A stretch of 64,000 bases of DNA from Oscillospiraceae bacterium. GTDB lineage: Bacteria; Bacillota; Clostridia; Oscillospirales; Oscillospiraceae. Below, in pieces: positions 24,511 through 34,458 of the stretch (the first letter of the stretch is position 1; the number at the start of each line of letters is the position of its first letter). The stretch spans positions 23,969 through 87,968 of the forward strand of contig CAVGGQ010000001.1 in the NCBI GenBank assembly GCA_963628785.1. Direction: 5' to 3'. The notes beneath the pieces are model-generated. The model did not search any database and was not told the origin of the DNA. It saw only the letters and a list, made by a program, of their open reading frames with translations. The position numbers and the translations under genes were made by a program.

Positions 24511-25662
24511 ATGAAAAAGATCCTTGCACTGCTTCTGACTCTCTGCATGGTGTTCGCACTGTGCGCCTGCGGCCAGACGGCAGAGACGACCACAACGGAA
24601 GAGACCGCCGCAACGGAGGAGACCGCCGCAACGGAGGAGACCGCCGCAACGGAGGAGACCGCTGCAACGGAGGAGACCGCTGCAACGGAAGAGGCCGCTG
24701 AAGAGCCCACAGCCGAAGAGACGGCCGAGAAGGCTCCCGAAGACTACACCGGCAAACTTGTAGTCTACTCTCCCCACGATGCGGATCCCCTGAACGACGG
24801 CGTTGCCCAGTTCCGGGAGAAGTACCCCAACATTGAGGTCGAAGTCATTGCCGCCGGCACCGGCGAGCTCTGCCAGCGCCTCGTAGCCGAAGCTGAGAAT
24901 CCCCAGGGCGATGTCCTGTGGGGAGGCGGTGCCGACACGCTCGCTGCCTACACCGATTATTTTGAGCCCTATGTCTGTGCCAACGACGAGTTCATCGCCG
25001 CCGAGTACAAGGACGCCGACGGCTACTGGATCGGCGAGTCCCCGCTGCCCATGGTCTTCATCTACAACAAGACCCTGATCAACGAGGAAGATGTTCCCAC
25101 CACTTGGGAAGGCCTGTGCGATGAATCCCTGAAGGGAAAGATTGCTTACTGCTCTCCCTCCAAGTCCGGCTCCGCTTACACCCAGCTGTGCACCATGCTC
25201 TTCAGCCAGCCTACCATCGAGGATGGCTGGGCACTCGTTGAGAAGTTCATCGCGAACCTCGGCGGCAAGCTGCAGGATTCCTCCGGCAACTGCCACAAGC
25301 TCGTTGCCGCCGGTGAGTACGCTCTCGGTGTGACCATCGAGAAGTCCGCAGTCCTCTATGCCGACAATCCGGACATCGGCTTTGTGTACCCCGAAAGCAA
25401 CTCGGCCGTTCCCGACGGTGTCGCGCTCATCAAGAACTGCCCGAACGAAGAGAACGCGAAGCTGTTCATCGACTTCGTCACCAGCGCCGAGTGCCAGACT
25501 AGACAGAACAGCGAATGGGCCCGCCGCCCGGTTCGCTCCGACATCACCCCCGAGGGCCTCTGCTCTCTCGACAAGTGCAATGTCACGGCCTATGACTTCT
25601 CCTACGCCGCCACCAACCGCGACGCCATCAAGGAGCAGTTCAACGACCTTGTTGCAGGCTGA
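24511..25662 (+). CDS. ABC importer substrate-binding lipoprotein (Fe(III)/FbpA-like SBP family)
   Basis: 383 aa. Lipobox LCACGQ, a Glu/Thr/Ala repeat linker, then an SBP core (KLVVYSPHD..VIAAGTGEL..DVLWGGG..). The substrate is not determinable from sequence. Confidence 0.75.
   Translation: MKKILALLLTLCMVFALCACGQTAETTTTEETAATEETAATEETAATEETAATEETAATEEAAEEPTAEETAEKAPEDYTGKLVVYSPHDADPLNDGVAQFREKYPNIEVEVIAAGTGELCQRLVAEAENPQGDVLWGGGADTLAAYTDYFEPYVCANDEFIAAEYKDADGYWIGESPLPMVFIYNKTLINEEDVPTTWEGLCDESLKGKIAYCSPSKSGSAYTQLCTMLFSQPTIEDGWALVEKFIANLGGKLQDSSGNCHKLVAAGEYALGVTIEKSAVLYADNPDIGFVYPESNSAVPDGVALIKNCPNEENAKLFIDFVTSAECQTRQNSEWARRPVRSDITPEGLCSLDKCNVTAYDFSYAATNRDAIKEQFNDLVAG
24598..24705 (+). repeat. 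Coding 18-bp tandem repeat, about 6 units
   Basis: GAAGAGACCGCCGCAACG, GAGGAGACCGCCGCAACG x2, GAGGAGACCGCTGCAACG x2 and a degenerate unit. It encodes the (EETAAT)n linker of the lipoprotein. Confidence 0.9.
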
Positions 25663-25686
25663 TATCCGCTCTATAAATTTACTGCG

Positions 25687-25720
25687 GGAGGCACCTTCCT
25701 AAGGTGCCTCCTTGCGGTTT
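25687..25720 (+). terminator. Intercistronic stem-loop (possible partial terminator) between the SBP and ATPase genes
   Basis: GGAGGCACC (25687-25695) pairs with GGTGCCTCC (25703-25711), followed by TTGCGGTTT. A second 8-bp stem-loop lies at 25733-25753. Confidence 0.4.
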
Positions 25721-25800
25721 ACCGCTGACATCTGCGGCAGAAGCGCTGCCGCAAATGTGAACCGTAAATCGTACATACTACACATATCGGAGGACATCGT

Positions 25801-26874
25801 ATGAGCAACCATGTAATCATCAACAACGCCGTGAAGCGCTATGGGGACTTCGTCGCCCTCAATGGTGTGTCGCTGGACATCCGTGAGGGAGAATTTTTCA
25901 CACTTCTCGGTCCGTCCGGCTGCGGCAAAACCACGCTGCTGCGCATGATCGCAGGCTTCAACTCCATCGAAGGCGGCGACTTCTATTTTGGCGAAAAGCG
26001 CATCAACGATGTCCCCGCCCACAAGCGCGACATCGGTATGGTGTTCCAGAACTACGCTATCTTCCCGCATCTCACCGTGCGCGAGAATGTCGCCTACGGC
26101 CTGAAGGCCCGCAAGATCCCTGCCAAGGACATCAAGCCCCGCGTGGATGAGGCCCTCGAGCTCGTGCAGATCTCCCACCTTGCCGACCGCAAACCGAGCG
26201 AGCTCTCCGGCGGCCAGCAGCAGCGCGTCGCGCTCGCCCGCGCCTTCGTCATCGAGCCGAGCGTCCTTCTCATGGATGAGCCGCTCTCGAACCTCGACGC
26301 CAAGCTTCGCGTGCAGATGCGCTACGTCATCAAAAAGCTCCAGCGCCGCCTCGGCATCACGACCATCTATGTCACGCACGATCAGGAGGAAGCTCTCGCT
26401 ATCTCCGACCGAATCGCCGTCATGAAGGACGGCCACATCATGCAGATCGGCACGCCGAACGAGATTTACGCCAAGCCGCAGAATCCGTTCGTCGCGGGTT
26501 TCATCGGCGTGAGCAACTTCCTCGACTGCGAGGTTAATGCTCCCGTCGCAGGGAACGCCGAAGTGACCATCAAAAACGAGCTTTCCGTTTTCATTCCGGT
26601 GCGCCGTGCCTATACCGGCAAAGGCAAGATCTCTGCACGCCCCGAGCAGCTTTTCTTCTCTGAAGACGGCATGCCCGGCACGGTTCTTTTCTCTACCTTC
26701 CTCGGCGACTTCATAGAGTATGAAGTGCAGCTCGACGACGGCCAGAGCCTCATCGTGAACGAGTACACCAAAGACACATCCGACGTTCACGCCGACGGTG
26801 AGCATGTACATCTGAGCTTCGATCCGCTGCGCATCTCCCTCTACAACGAAAACGAGGAGGTGCTCAGCCTGTGA
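25801..26874 (+). CDS. ABC transporter ATP-binding protein (FbpC/PotA-like)
   Basis: 357 aa. Walker [10 protein letters not shown], signature [14 protein letters not shown], Walker B LLMDEPLS, and a C-terminal TOBE-like domain. Confidence 0.9.
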   Translation: MSNHVIINNAVKRYGDFVALNGVSLDIREGEFFTLLGPSGCGKTTLLRMIAGFNSIEGGDFYFGEKRINDVPAHKRDIGMVFQNYAIFPHLTVRENVAYGLKARKIPAKDIKPRVDEALELVQISHLADRKPSELSGGQQQRVALARAFVIEPSVLLMDEPLSNLDAKLRVQMRYVIKKLQRRLGITTIYVTHDQEEALAISDRIAVMKDGHIMQIGTPNEIYAKPQNPFVAGFIGVSNFLDCEVNAPVAGNAEVTIKNELSVFIPVRRAYTGKGKISARPEQLFFSEDGMPGTVLFSTFLGDFIEYEVQLDDGQSLIVNEYTKDTSDVHADGEHVHLSFDPLRISLYNENEEVLSL

Positions 26875-28532
26875 ACCAACGACTCGGGCAGAAGTGGAAA
26901 CCGGACTTCTGGTTTTTCGCCAAGCTTTTTGTAATCCTCGCCATGTGCCTTTTCATCGTGTACCCGTTCTACACGATCATTACCAAGAGCGTTTTTTCCA
27001 ATAAAGTCGAGGGCATCACTCTCTACAATTTCAAAAAGTTCTTTGAAAAGCCGTACTACTATAAGACGCTGCTGCGCTCTATGGTAGTGTGCTTCTCCAC
27101 GGTGCTCACCACCACGCTTGTCGGCGTTCCGGTTGCATACCTCATGACGCGCTACAACATCCCGGGCAAAAAGGTGCTGCACATCTTCATCATCATGAGT
27201 CTCATGAGCCCGCCGTTCATCGGCGCGTACTCGTGGATAATCCTCATGGGCCGCTCCGGCCTCCTCGCCAAAGCCTTTGCGGCTCTCGGCCTTACGGTTC
27301 CGACCATCTACGGGCGCGGCGGCATCATCTTCGTGTTTACGCTGCACCTGTTCCCGTACATTTACCTCTACACCTCCGGCGCTATGAACAGCATCGACTC
27401 TTCCCTTGAAGAAGCTGCGGAAAATCTCGGCATGAGCAAGCTGCGCCGCATCTGGACGGTCACGCTGCCGGTTATCCTCCCGTCCATCCTCGCAGGCTGC
27501 ATCATGGTCTTCATGACCTGCCTTGCCGACTTCGGCACCCCGATGCTCCTCGGCGAGGGCTACACCGTGCTGCCGGTGCTCGTTTACAATGAGTATATGT
27601 CCGAGAGCGCGACCGACCCCTATATGGCGTCGGCACTGTCGGTTATCATCGTGGCCAGCTCCCTCCTGATGCTCGGCTTCCAGAAGCTCGTGGTGGATAA
27701 GCGCAACTACATGATGAGCTCTCTCCGCCCGCCCATGGAAACGAAGCTTCACGGCGGCAAACGATTCCTCGTGTCCCTTCCAATCTACATTGTGGTCGCG
27801 CTCGCCTTCTTGCCGCAGATCGTCGTTGTGTGCCAGTCGTTCGTGGAGCGCAGCTTCTCCGGCATGGTCAAGGGCATCAACCTCTCGAACTATCAGACGA
27901 TCATGTCCCGCCTCGGCCGCAACATCCGCAACACCTATGTGTTCTCGCTCATCGCCATCGTATTCATCGTCATCGTTGGCATCGTCGTCTCCTACATCCT
28001 TGTCCGCAAAAAAGGCAAGGTCGCCACGCTCATCGATACGCTCATCATGTTCCCGTATGTCATCCCCGGCTCGGTGCTCGGCATCGGCCTCATCGTGGCG
28101 TTCAACCGTAAGCCCATCGTGCTCGTCGGCACTGCATCTATTATGATCATCTCCTATGTTATCCGCAAGCTGCCGTACACAGTCCGCTCGGGCAGTGCCT
28201 TCCTTTACCAGATGGATCCGTTTATCGAGGAAGCCTCCATCAACCTCGGCGTGTCCCCGATGAAGACCTTCTTCACCGTCACGGCGCGCATGATGCTCCC
28301 CGGCATCATGTCCGGCGCGGTGCTCAGCTGGATCACCTGCATCAATGAGCTCTCGAGCTCCATCATGCTCTATTCCGGCAAGACCTCGACCATCGCCGTG
28401 GCCATCTATCAGGAAGTCACGCGCATGAGTGACGGCACGGCGTCCGCGCTCGCCACCATTCTGACGCTTACCACCATCCTCTCGCTCGTCATCGTCTTCC
28501 GCCTCACCAAAGGAAAGGTAAAAATCATCTGA
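26871..28532 (+). CDS. ABC transporter permease with two fused MetI-like domains (FbpB-like)
   Basis: 553 aa with a GTG start that overlaps the ATPase stop. About 12 TM helices and two EAA-type loops (LEEAAENLGMSKLR.. and IEEASINLGVSPMK..). Confidence 0.85.
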   Translation: MNQRLGQKWKPDFWFFAKLFVILAMCLFIVYPFYTIITKSVFSNKVEGITLYNFKKFFEKPYYYKTLLRSMVVCFSTVLTTTLVGVPVAYLMTRYNIPGKKVLHIFIIMSLMSPPFIGAYSWIILMGRSGLLAKAFAALGLTVPTIYGRGGIIFVFTLHLFPYIYLYTSGAMNSIDSSLEEAAENLGMSKLRRIWTVTLPVILPSILAGCIMVFMTCLADFGTPMLLGEGYTVLPVLVYNEYMSESATDPYMASALSVIIVASSLLMLGFQKLVVDKRNYMMSSLRPPMETKLHGGKRFLVSLPIYIVVALAFLPQIVVVCQSFVERSFSGMVKGINLSNYQTIMSRLGRNIRNTYVFSLIAIVFIVIVGIVVSYILVRKKGKVATLIDTLIMFPYVIPGSVLGIGLIVAFNRKPIVLVGTASIMIISYVIRKLPYTVRSGSAFLYQMDPFIEEASINLGVSPMKTFFTVTARMMLPGIMSGAVLSWITCINELSSSIMLYSGKTSTIAVAIYQEVTRMSDGTASALATILTLTTILSLVIVFRLTKGKVKII

Positions 28533-29140
28533 TGGTCAAAAACATTATTTTCGATATGGGGCAGGTGCTCATATACTTCGACCGCGACCGCTTCCTCGAT
28601 GCCGTCGGTGCGGAAGGGGAGGAGCGCCGTATATTCATGAACAATGTCTATCTCTCCCTCGAATGGGCGAAAATGGATCGCGGCTCCCTGACGGACTCGC
28701 AGGCTGCGGAGATCATGTGTGCACGCGTCCCTGCGGAGCTGCATGACAAGGTGCATCAGCTCGTAGACCGCTGGGACAGACCCATTTACCCCGTGCCCGG
28801 CATGGCCGATATTGTCCGCGACCTAAAAGCGGCAGGCTACGGCATATATCTGCTCTCCAACGCGAGCTATCGTCAGCACGAGTACTGGGAGCGCATCCCC
28901 GGCTTCGAGTATTTTGACGGTACTCTGATCTCCGCCGACGAGAAGCTCGTAAAGCCCGAGCGCGCCATCTATGAGCGCCTCTTCGAGAAATTCTCCCTGA
29001 AGCCGGACGAATGCCTGTTTATAGACGACTCTGCCATGAACATCGAAGGCGCCGAACGCGCCGGCATGCCCGGCATCGTCTTCCACGGCAGCGCCCAAGA
29101 ACTCCGCCAGGAACTCCGCCCCTTCGGCGTAAATATCTGA
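28532..29140 (+). CDS. HAD-superfamily hydrolase (subfamily IA, variant 3-like phosphatase)
   Basis: 202 aa. Motif I IIFDMGQVLI, LLSNAS, and FIDDSAMNIEGA. Confidence 0.75.
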   Translation: MVKNIIFDMGQVLIYFDRDRFLDAVGAEGEERRIFMNNVYLSLEWAKMDRGSLTDSQAAEIMCARVPAELHDKVHQLVDRWDRPIYPVPGMADIVRDLKAAGYGIYLLSNASYRQHEYWERIPGFEYFDGTLISADEKLVKPERAIYERLFEKFSLKPDECLFIDDSAMNIEGAERAGMPGIVFHGSAQELRQELRPFGVNI

Positions 29141-29157
29141 CCGCACCAATATAAAAG

Positions 29158-29190
29158 CCCTCAAAGTCCAAAACACTTTGAGGGTCTTTT
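29158..29190 (+). terminator. Rho-independent terminator
   Basis: CCCTCAAAGT (29158-29167) pairs with ACTTTGAGGG (29175-29184), followed by TCTTTT. Confidence 0.75.
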
Positions 29191-29281
29191 GCCGCCAATC
29201 GTAAAGAAAAGCAAAGCATACATCTTCTATGAAGTAATGCAGAAGCAAAGCGTGATTTATAATTCGCTCGTTCAATAATTC

Positions 29282-29317
29282 AAAAACCGAGACTCCAAAT
29301 CGGAGCCTCGGTTTTTT
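29282..29317. terminator. Bidirectional terminator downstream of potD
   Basis: The sequence AAAAACCGAGACTCCAAATCGGAGCCTCGGTTTTTT forms a stem flanked by an A-run and a T-run. Confidence 0.75.
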
Positions 29318-29341
29318 AGCGGGGATATTGTTTTTTTGCGC

Positions 29342-30532
29342 TCAAGTCCGCCGTTTTTTGCAGCGGTTGGCGCGGCGTCGGCGGTTTCGGACGCTTCGCG
29401 CAATCAGGAAGCCCGCAACGAGAGCGACCGTCACGGAAATGCCGATGATGGGGGTGTAGTCCGTATCGCCTTCGGTTTTTACCTCGAGCCAAAGGGAGTC
29501 CATAAGGTGCGTGGTCTCCTGGTCGAGATAGAGAAATGCATCGCCGCGGCTGAGCGTTTCCGCACTCGGGTAGGCAATATCGGATGCGGAGGTCTCCTCA
29601 TCCATGTACTGCTTTGCCTCGGTCTCCGGTGTGGAGTAGCCTAGATAGTCGAGATTCTGCCCGTTGATCTCCGGCGAGCACAGGAAGTTGATGTACGCCT
29701 CGGCGCCCTCTTTGTTCGTGGCGCAGGTGGGGATGCACAGGGCATCGATGAAGAAGTTGAAGCCTTCTTCGGGGAAACAGAACTTCAGATCCTCGTTTTC
29801 GTCGGCCATCATGAGATAGTCGCCCGCGTAGTATGGCGCGATCCACGCCTCGCCGCGCTCCATTTTGTCATAAATCTGATCCATGACATACGCCTGCACG
29901 AGCGGCTTCTGCTCAATGAGCTTGTAGGTCGCAGCACGCAGCTCATCCTCATTGTGAGTGTTCAGCGAGTAGCCGAGCATCGTCTCCGCAATGGCGAAAG
30001 CGTCGCGCGGGTTGTCGAACATCAGTATCTTCCCGGAATACTTGCTGTTCCAGAGAAGATCCCAGTTGCCGACATCCTCTTCGTCCACATAGGCACTGTT
30101 GTAGATGATGCCGACCGTGCCCCAGGTGTACGGCACGGAATACAGGTTGTCCGGGTCGTAGGATGTGTTTTTGTACGCCGCATCGATGTACTGATAATTC
30201 GGGATGTTGTCGAAATTGAGCGGCTGCACGAGACCCTCGTCAATGAGACGCCCGACCATGTAGTCGGAGGGAATGATAATGTCGTAAGATGAGCCGCCGG
30301 TCTTAAGCTTCGTGTACATCGTCTCGTTCGAGTCGAATGTCATGTAGTTCACATGGATGCCGGTCGCCTCTTCAAATGCGGCGTTTACATCGATATACCC
30401 ATCGGTGCCGTCCGAAATGTACTGCCCCCAGTTATACACATTGATAACATTGTCGGCGGCATGAGCCTCCGGCGCGGGCAGCAGCGCGGCGCAGACCATT
30501 AAAGCGAGAAGAAAGGAGAATATGCGCTTCAT
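29342..30532 (-). CDS. potD: Spermidine/putrescine ABC substrate-binding protein with a C-terminal TM anchor
   Basis: 396 aa. Signal peptide ..PEAHA/AD, then NVYNWGQYI..YDIIIPSDYMV..VPYTWGTVGIIYN. The C-terminus IIGISVTVALVAGFLIARSVRNRRRRANRCKKRRT is hydrophobic and then poly-basic. Confidence 0.85.
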   Translation of the reverse strand: MKRIFSFLLALMVCAALLPAPEAHAADNVINVYNWGQYISDGTDGYIDVNAAFEEATGIHVNYMTFDSNETMYTKLKTGGSSYDIIIPSDYMVGRLIDEGLVQPLNFDNIPNYQYIDAAYKNTSYDPDNLYSVPYTWGTVGIIYNSAYVDEEDVGNWDLLWNSKYSGKILMFDNPRDAFAIAETMLGYSLNTHNEDELRAATYKLIEQKPLVQAYVMDQIYDKMERGEAWIAPYYAGDYLMMADENEDLKFCFPEEGFNFFIDALCIPTCATNKEGAEAYINFLCSPEINGQNLDYLGYSTPETEAKQYMDEETSASDIAYPSAETLSRGDAFLYLDQETTHLMDSLWLEVKTEGDTDYTPIIGISVTVALVAGFLIARSVRNRRRRANRCKKRRT

Positions 30533-31362
30533 GCGCCCGCCCCCTTTCGACCGAACACGCCTCGCGCCTGACGGCGACGGCGGTCATCGCCCGCTTGCAG
30601 CAGGTTCATAATGACCATGACAAGCAGAATGGCGAGGAACAGCAGAGTAAAGAGTGCGTAGATCTTCGGCTGCAGCGGTTTCTTCGTGTAGTTATAGATC
30701 TCCACCGGCAGTGTCACGAAAGTTGGGCCGTATACGAAGTACGAAATGACGAAGTCGTCCAGACTCATCGTAAACGCCATGAGAGCGCCCGAAAGGATGC
30801 CCGGAAAGATCTCATGGAGAATGACCTTGAAGAACGCCTGTACCGGCGTGCACCCCAAATCGAGCGCAGCATCGCGCAGGTTCGGGTCGAGCTGGCCGAG
30901 CTTCGGCATAACGGAGAGAATAACATACGGCAGATTGAATGTGATGTGCGCAATGAGGAGCGTCGTGAAGCCGAGAATGTTGTTGAGCTTCATCATCTGC
31001 CCGATGAACGCAAAGAGCAGCGCGAGCGAAACGCCCGTGACGATCTCCGGGTTCGTAAGAGGAATGTTCGTCACGGCCATCGTGATGCGGCGCATGCGCT
31101 TTCCCATGGCGCGAATGCCGATGGCGGCCATTGTGCCGAGCACGGTCGCGGCGAGGGAAGCGATAACCGCGACAATGACGGAATTGGCAAGCAGCGGCAG
31201 CAGCACGCCATCGCGGAAAAGTTCGCCATACTGCGAAAACGTGAAACCCTTCCATGTGGCGATGTCGGTGCCGGAGTTGAAGGACGCCACGGCAAGCACG
31301 ATCATCGGGATATAGAGGAAGAGAAACACGATGACCGTAAACACTTTGTTGAAGGTTTTCAT
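30529..31362 (-). CDS. potC: Spermidine/putrescine ABC permease
   Basis: Starts [19 protein letters not shown]. It has 6 TM helices and an EAA loop [17 protein letters not shown]. The track ORF's 5' extension is rejected because it overlaps potB. Confidence 0.85.
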   Translation of the reverse strand: MKTFNKVFTVIVFLFLYIPMIVLAVASFNSGTDIATWKGFTFSQYGELFRDGVLLPLLANSVIVAVIASLAATVLGTMAAIGIRAMGKRMRRITMAVTNIPLTNPEIVTGVSLALLFAFIGQMMKLNNILGFTTLLIAHITFNLPYVILSVMPKLGQLDPNLRDAALDLGCTPVQAFFKVILHEIFPGILSGALMAFTMSLDDFVISYFVYGPTFVTLPVEIYNYTKKPLQPKIYALFTLLFLAILLVMVIMNLLQAGDDRRRRQARGVFGRKGAGA

Positions 31363-32168
31363 ATCGTCGCGACCTCCTCTCCGTCCGAGAAGCGGTTCAT
31401 GACCGCAATGCACACGAGCACCATGATCATCAGCACGAGCGAGAGTGCCGCACCGAGATTGGGATTGTAGGCGGCCTTGAACTGGCTTTCTATGACGTCG
31501 CCGATGAGTGTCGTGCCCGAAGAGCCCATTTTCTGTGAAATGTAGAAGGTGGACACGGCCGGAACGAACACCATCGTAAAGCCGGAAATGATGCCGGGCA
31601 CGCTCAGAGGAAGTGTTACTTTCGTGAACACCTGCACCGGCGTGCATCCGAGATCTTCCGCCGCCTCCGTGAGACGCGGGTCGAGCTTGATGAGCACGGT
31701 GTAGAGCGGCATGATCATGTACGGCAGGTAGTTATATACCATGCCGAGTACGACGGCGGCATCGTTGCGGATGAGCGGCAGCGGCTGCAGGCCGAGACTC
31801 GTGATAAAGCTGTTGATAATGCCGGTATCCTCCAGAAGCGCCACCCATGCGAGCGTACGCAACAGAAAGCTCATGCACATCGGGAGCATCACGAGCATAT
31901 AAAGAAATCTCTGACGGCTCGGCGCGGCGGACGCAATACAGTAGGCGACCGGGTAGCCGATGATGATGCAGATGACCGACGAAAGGATCGCAAGCCATAT
32001 GCTCTTGAGAAAAATGGGGAAGTAGGTCCCCATACGGGAAATGTTCGAAAAGGTAAATGCCCCGGTCACGGAGTCGGTAAAGGCATACCAGAAAACAATG
32101 CCGAGCGGCACGACCGTAAAGAGCGCCATCCATACGAGGTACGGCGCAGCCAGAGCTTTATTCTTCAT
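31359..32168 (-). CDS. potB: Spermidine/putrescine ABC permease
   Basis: Starts [17 protein letters not shown]. The EAA loop is [17 protein letters not shown]. It overlaps the potA stop. Confidence 0.85.
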   Translation of the reverse strand: MKNKALAAPYLVWMALFTVVPLGIVFWYAFTDSVTGAFTFSNISRMGTYFPIFLKSIWLAILSSVICIIIGYPVAYCIASAAPSRQRFLYMLVMLPMCMSFLLRTLAWVALLEDTGIINSFITSLGLQPLPLIRNDAAVVLGMVYNYLPYMIMPLYTVLIKLDPRLTEAAEDLGCTPVQVFTKVTLPLSVPGIISGFTMVFVPAVSTFYISQKMGSSGTTLIGDVIESQFKAAYNPNLGAALSLVLMIMVLVCIAVMNRFSDGEEVATI

Positions 32169-33321
32169 TGGCGGATCCCTCCTCGTCCGAGGATCCTTCC
32201 TCCGCCTCCGGGTCATATTCGACATCGGACAGCTCGTCATACTCCTCGGAGAAGGAGCTGTAGTCGCCGTAAAGACCGGAGTACTTGCTCTTGTGCATAA
32301 TGTGGAAGCCGTCGGGAACGATGCGGATGCCGATGCGCTGCCCGACTTCGGGACTGTCCGTTGTCTGAATGAGCCACTTGAAGCCCTTGAAGTCGACGAT
32401 GACATCGTACTGCATGCCCTTAAAGGTGATGCTCGTTACGGTGCCGGTCAGCATGCCCTCTTTGACGGGGACGATGTCTATGTCCTCCGGACGAACGACG
32501 ACGTCTACGGGCTCGTCCTTTGCAAAGCCCTTGTCCATACACTGGAAGCGGCGGCCGAATGTTTCGACCACATAGTCCTCGCGCATGATGCCGTCGAGAA
32601 TGTTGCTCTCACCGATGAAGTCCGCCACGAAAGCGTTCTTCGGTTCGTTATATATATCCTCCGGTGTGCCGATCTGCTGAATGATGCCCTCGTTCATAAC
32701 GACAACGGTGTCGGACATGGCGAGTGCTTCTTCCTGATCGTGCGTAACATAGATGAAGGTGATCTCCATCTGCTGCTGGATGCGCTTGAGTTCCTGCTGC
32801 ATATCCTTGCGCAGACGCAAATCGAGTGCGCCCAGCGGCTCATCGAGCAGCAGAACTTTCGGACGGTTCACCAGAGCGCGTGCAATTGCGACACGCTGCT
32901 GCTGGCCGCCGGAGAGCAATGTCACCTTGCGGTTTTCAAAACCCTTGAGCGACACGACTTCCAGTATTTCCGTCACACGCTCATCGACTTCCTTCTCCGG
33001 CACCTTTTGAATGCGCAGACCGAAAGCGATGTTGTCGTACACGTCCAGATGCGGGAACAGCGCGTATTTCTGGAACACGGTGTTCACCTGCCGTTTGTAC
33101 GGAGGAATGTCGTTGATCCTTACGCCGTCAAACAAAACATCCCCCGAGGTAGGCTTAAGAAACCCGCCGATAATTCTCAGCGTGGTTGTCTTGCCGCATC
33201 CCGAGGGTCCTAACAGTGTAAGAAACTCTTTGTTGTTGATGTACAGGTTGATGGAATCCAGAACGGTCTCACCGTCGAAGGCCATGGTGCAGTCGACCAG
33301 GCGGATGAGTTCTTTGGCCAT
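32158..33321 (-). CDS. potA: Spermidine/putrescine ABC ATP-binding protein with an acidic C-terminal tail
   Basis: 387 aa. Motifs: [34 protein letters not shown]. The tail is [30 protein letters not shown]. Confidence 0.9.
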   Translation of the reverse strand: MAKELIRLVDCTMAFDGETVLDSINLYINNKEFLTLLGPSGCGKTTTLRIIGGFLKPTSGDVLFDGVRINDIPPYKRQVNTVFQKYALFPHLDVYDNIAFGLRIQKVPEKEVDERVTEILEVVSLKGFENRKVTLLSGGQQQRVAIARALVNRPKVLLLDEPLGALDLRLRKDMQQELKRIQQQMEITFIYVTHDQEEALAMSDTVVVMNEGIIQQIGTPEDIYNEPKNAFVADFIGESNILDGIMREDYVVETFGRRFQCMDKGFAKDEPVDVVVRPEDIDIVPVKEGMLTGTVTSITFKGMQYDVIVDFKGFKWLIQTTDSPEVGQRIGIRIVPDGFHIMHKSKYSGLYGDYSSFSEEYDELSDVEYDPEAEEGSSDEEGSANEE

Positions 33322-33379
33322 TATCCTCCCCCTCTTTTTACCGATTTTTCGCCCTGAGTTTCATAAGGGCGTTACGCCA

Positions 33380-33408
33380 ATAATATAGATTTCCGAGGGG
33401 TTTGTCAA
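33380..33408 (-). promoter_or_regulatory. Putative sigma-A promoter of potABCD
   Basis: Minus strand: TTGACA (33408-33403), 17 nt, TATTAT (33385-33380). Confidence 0.55.
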
Positions 33409-33457
33409 TGATATTTTTCGGCAAAAACCGGGAATTTTTCAGACCCCGAAAGAGGCC

Positions 33458-33501
33458 GAAAAACCGTCTGCCGTAAGGAACGATCCACAAACGGCAGGCG
33501 G
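33458..33501 (-). terminator. Rho-independent terminator after the permuted SBP gene
   Basis: The minus strand reads CCGCCTGCCGT..ACGGCAGACGG followed by TTTTTC. Confidence 0.65.
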
Positions 33502-33530
33502 GACAAAAAGACACGATTTTTCAATCGTTT

Positions 33531-34334
33531 TTACATATAATATCCGGACACGATGCCGTCTATGACTACGGCGTCACAGTCGCCGGCGGCGAGAGCGTTG
33601 AAGCATGCGGAAAGGTCATCATAATACCATACGGAACCGATCTTCTCGAGCATGCCGCTCTCCTTCAGCGCGGCGTATGCGGTGGCATCGGTGATGCCGA
33701 TGACCTTGCCCTTGAGAGAGTTCTTGCGAGAATAGCGACTGTCGGAGCGGACGATCAGTTCATGCGTGTTGCGAAGCCAGCCGGGGGAGAGGGAGACACT
33801 GCTCGCGCTGTCGGCAAACGAAGCCGCCATCCATGCGCAGTCGATGTTTCCGCTGCCGAGCTCCGCGGCCACACTGTCACTGTCGATGACCATATACTCA
33901 AAGGTCAGCCCGAGCTTCTCCGACACGAGCTTGGCAAGATCCGGGATCAGTCCGCCGAACGAACCGTCATCGCGGGAGGAGGAAATGGGCGCAATGCCGT
34001 CCTGCACGCCGATACGGAGCGTACGCGTCTGGTCGACAACGCTCGTATCTACGCGCGAGAGCGCTCCCTCCACGCCATCCAGACAGCTGTAGTCCGTGCC
34101 GAGATACTGCCCGCTCAGCCGCGAAAGCTGTCCGTCTGCGGCAAGCTCCTGCAGCGCAGCGGTGAATATATCGCAAAGGGGGTCATCCTTGCGGAACGCC
34201 ACGCAGAACTCCTCCTGATTGAGCTCGGCGATCATTTTATAGCGAATGGCCTGCTGCGAGCCGCAGCTCGATAAAAGCAGGAAGCACAGAACCGCGCAAA
34301 GCAGAAAAGCCGTGACTCTCCGTAAGTTTTTCAT
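33531..34334 (-). CDS. Amino-acid-type (SBP_bac_3-like) binding lipoprotein with circularly permuted segment order
   Basis: Starts MKNLRRV.. with lipobox LLSSCGS. The usual C-terminal element (EEFCVAFRKDDPLCDIFTAALQELAADGQLSRLSGQYLG) comes first, followed by the usual N-terminal start (LRIGVQDGIAPIS..FGGLIPDLAKLVSEKLGLTFEY..). The protein ends at ..DAVVIDGIVSGYYM. Confidence 0.65.
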   Translation of the reverse strand: MKNLRRVTAFLLCAVLCFLLLSSCGSQQAIRYKMIAELNQEEFCVAFRKDDPLCDIFTAALQELAADGQLSRLSGQYLGTDYSCLDGVEGALSRVDTSVVDQTRTLRIGVQDGIAPISSSRDDGSFGGLIPDLAKLVSEKLGLTFEYMVIDSDSVAAELGSGNIDCAWMAASFADSASSVSLSPGWLRNTHELIVRSDSRYSRKNSLKGKVIGITDATAYAALKESGMLEKIGSVWYYDDLSACFNALAAGDCDAVVIDGIVSGYYM

Positions 34335-34458
34335 AACATCGACCCTTCCGACGAAAAATCCGCCTGTACTTACATAATAACACAGGCGGTTTTTATAATA
34401 TAGGATTCTTTCGGAAAAATCAAGGCTGCGGAAAGAAATATGACAATTTCGACAGAAG

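Noticed and set aside
24598-24705. Regularly spaced 18-bp repeats as a possible CRISPR array
   Set aside because: The units are contiguous with no spacers, lie in frame inside a lipoprotein gene, and encode EETAAT. No cas genes or other repeat-spacer arrays were seen anywhere in the window.
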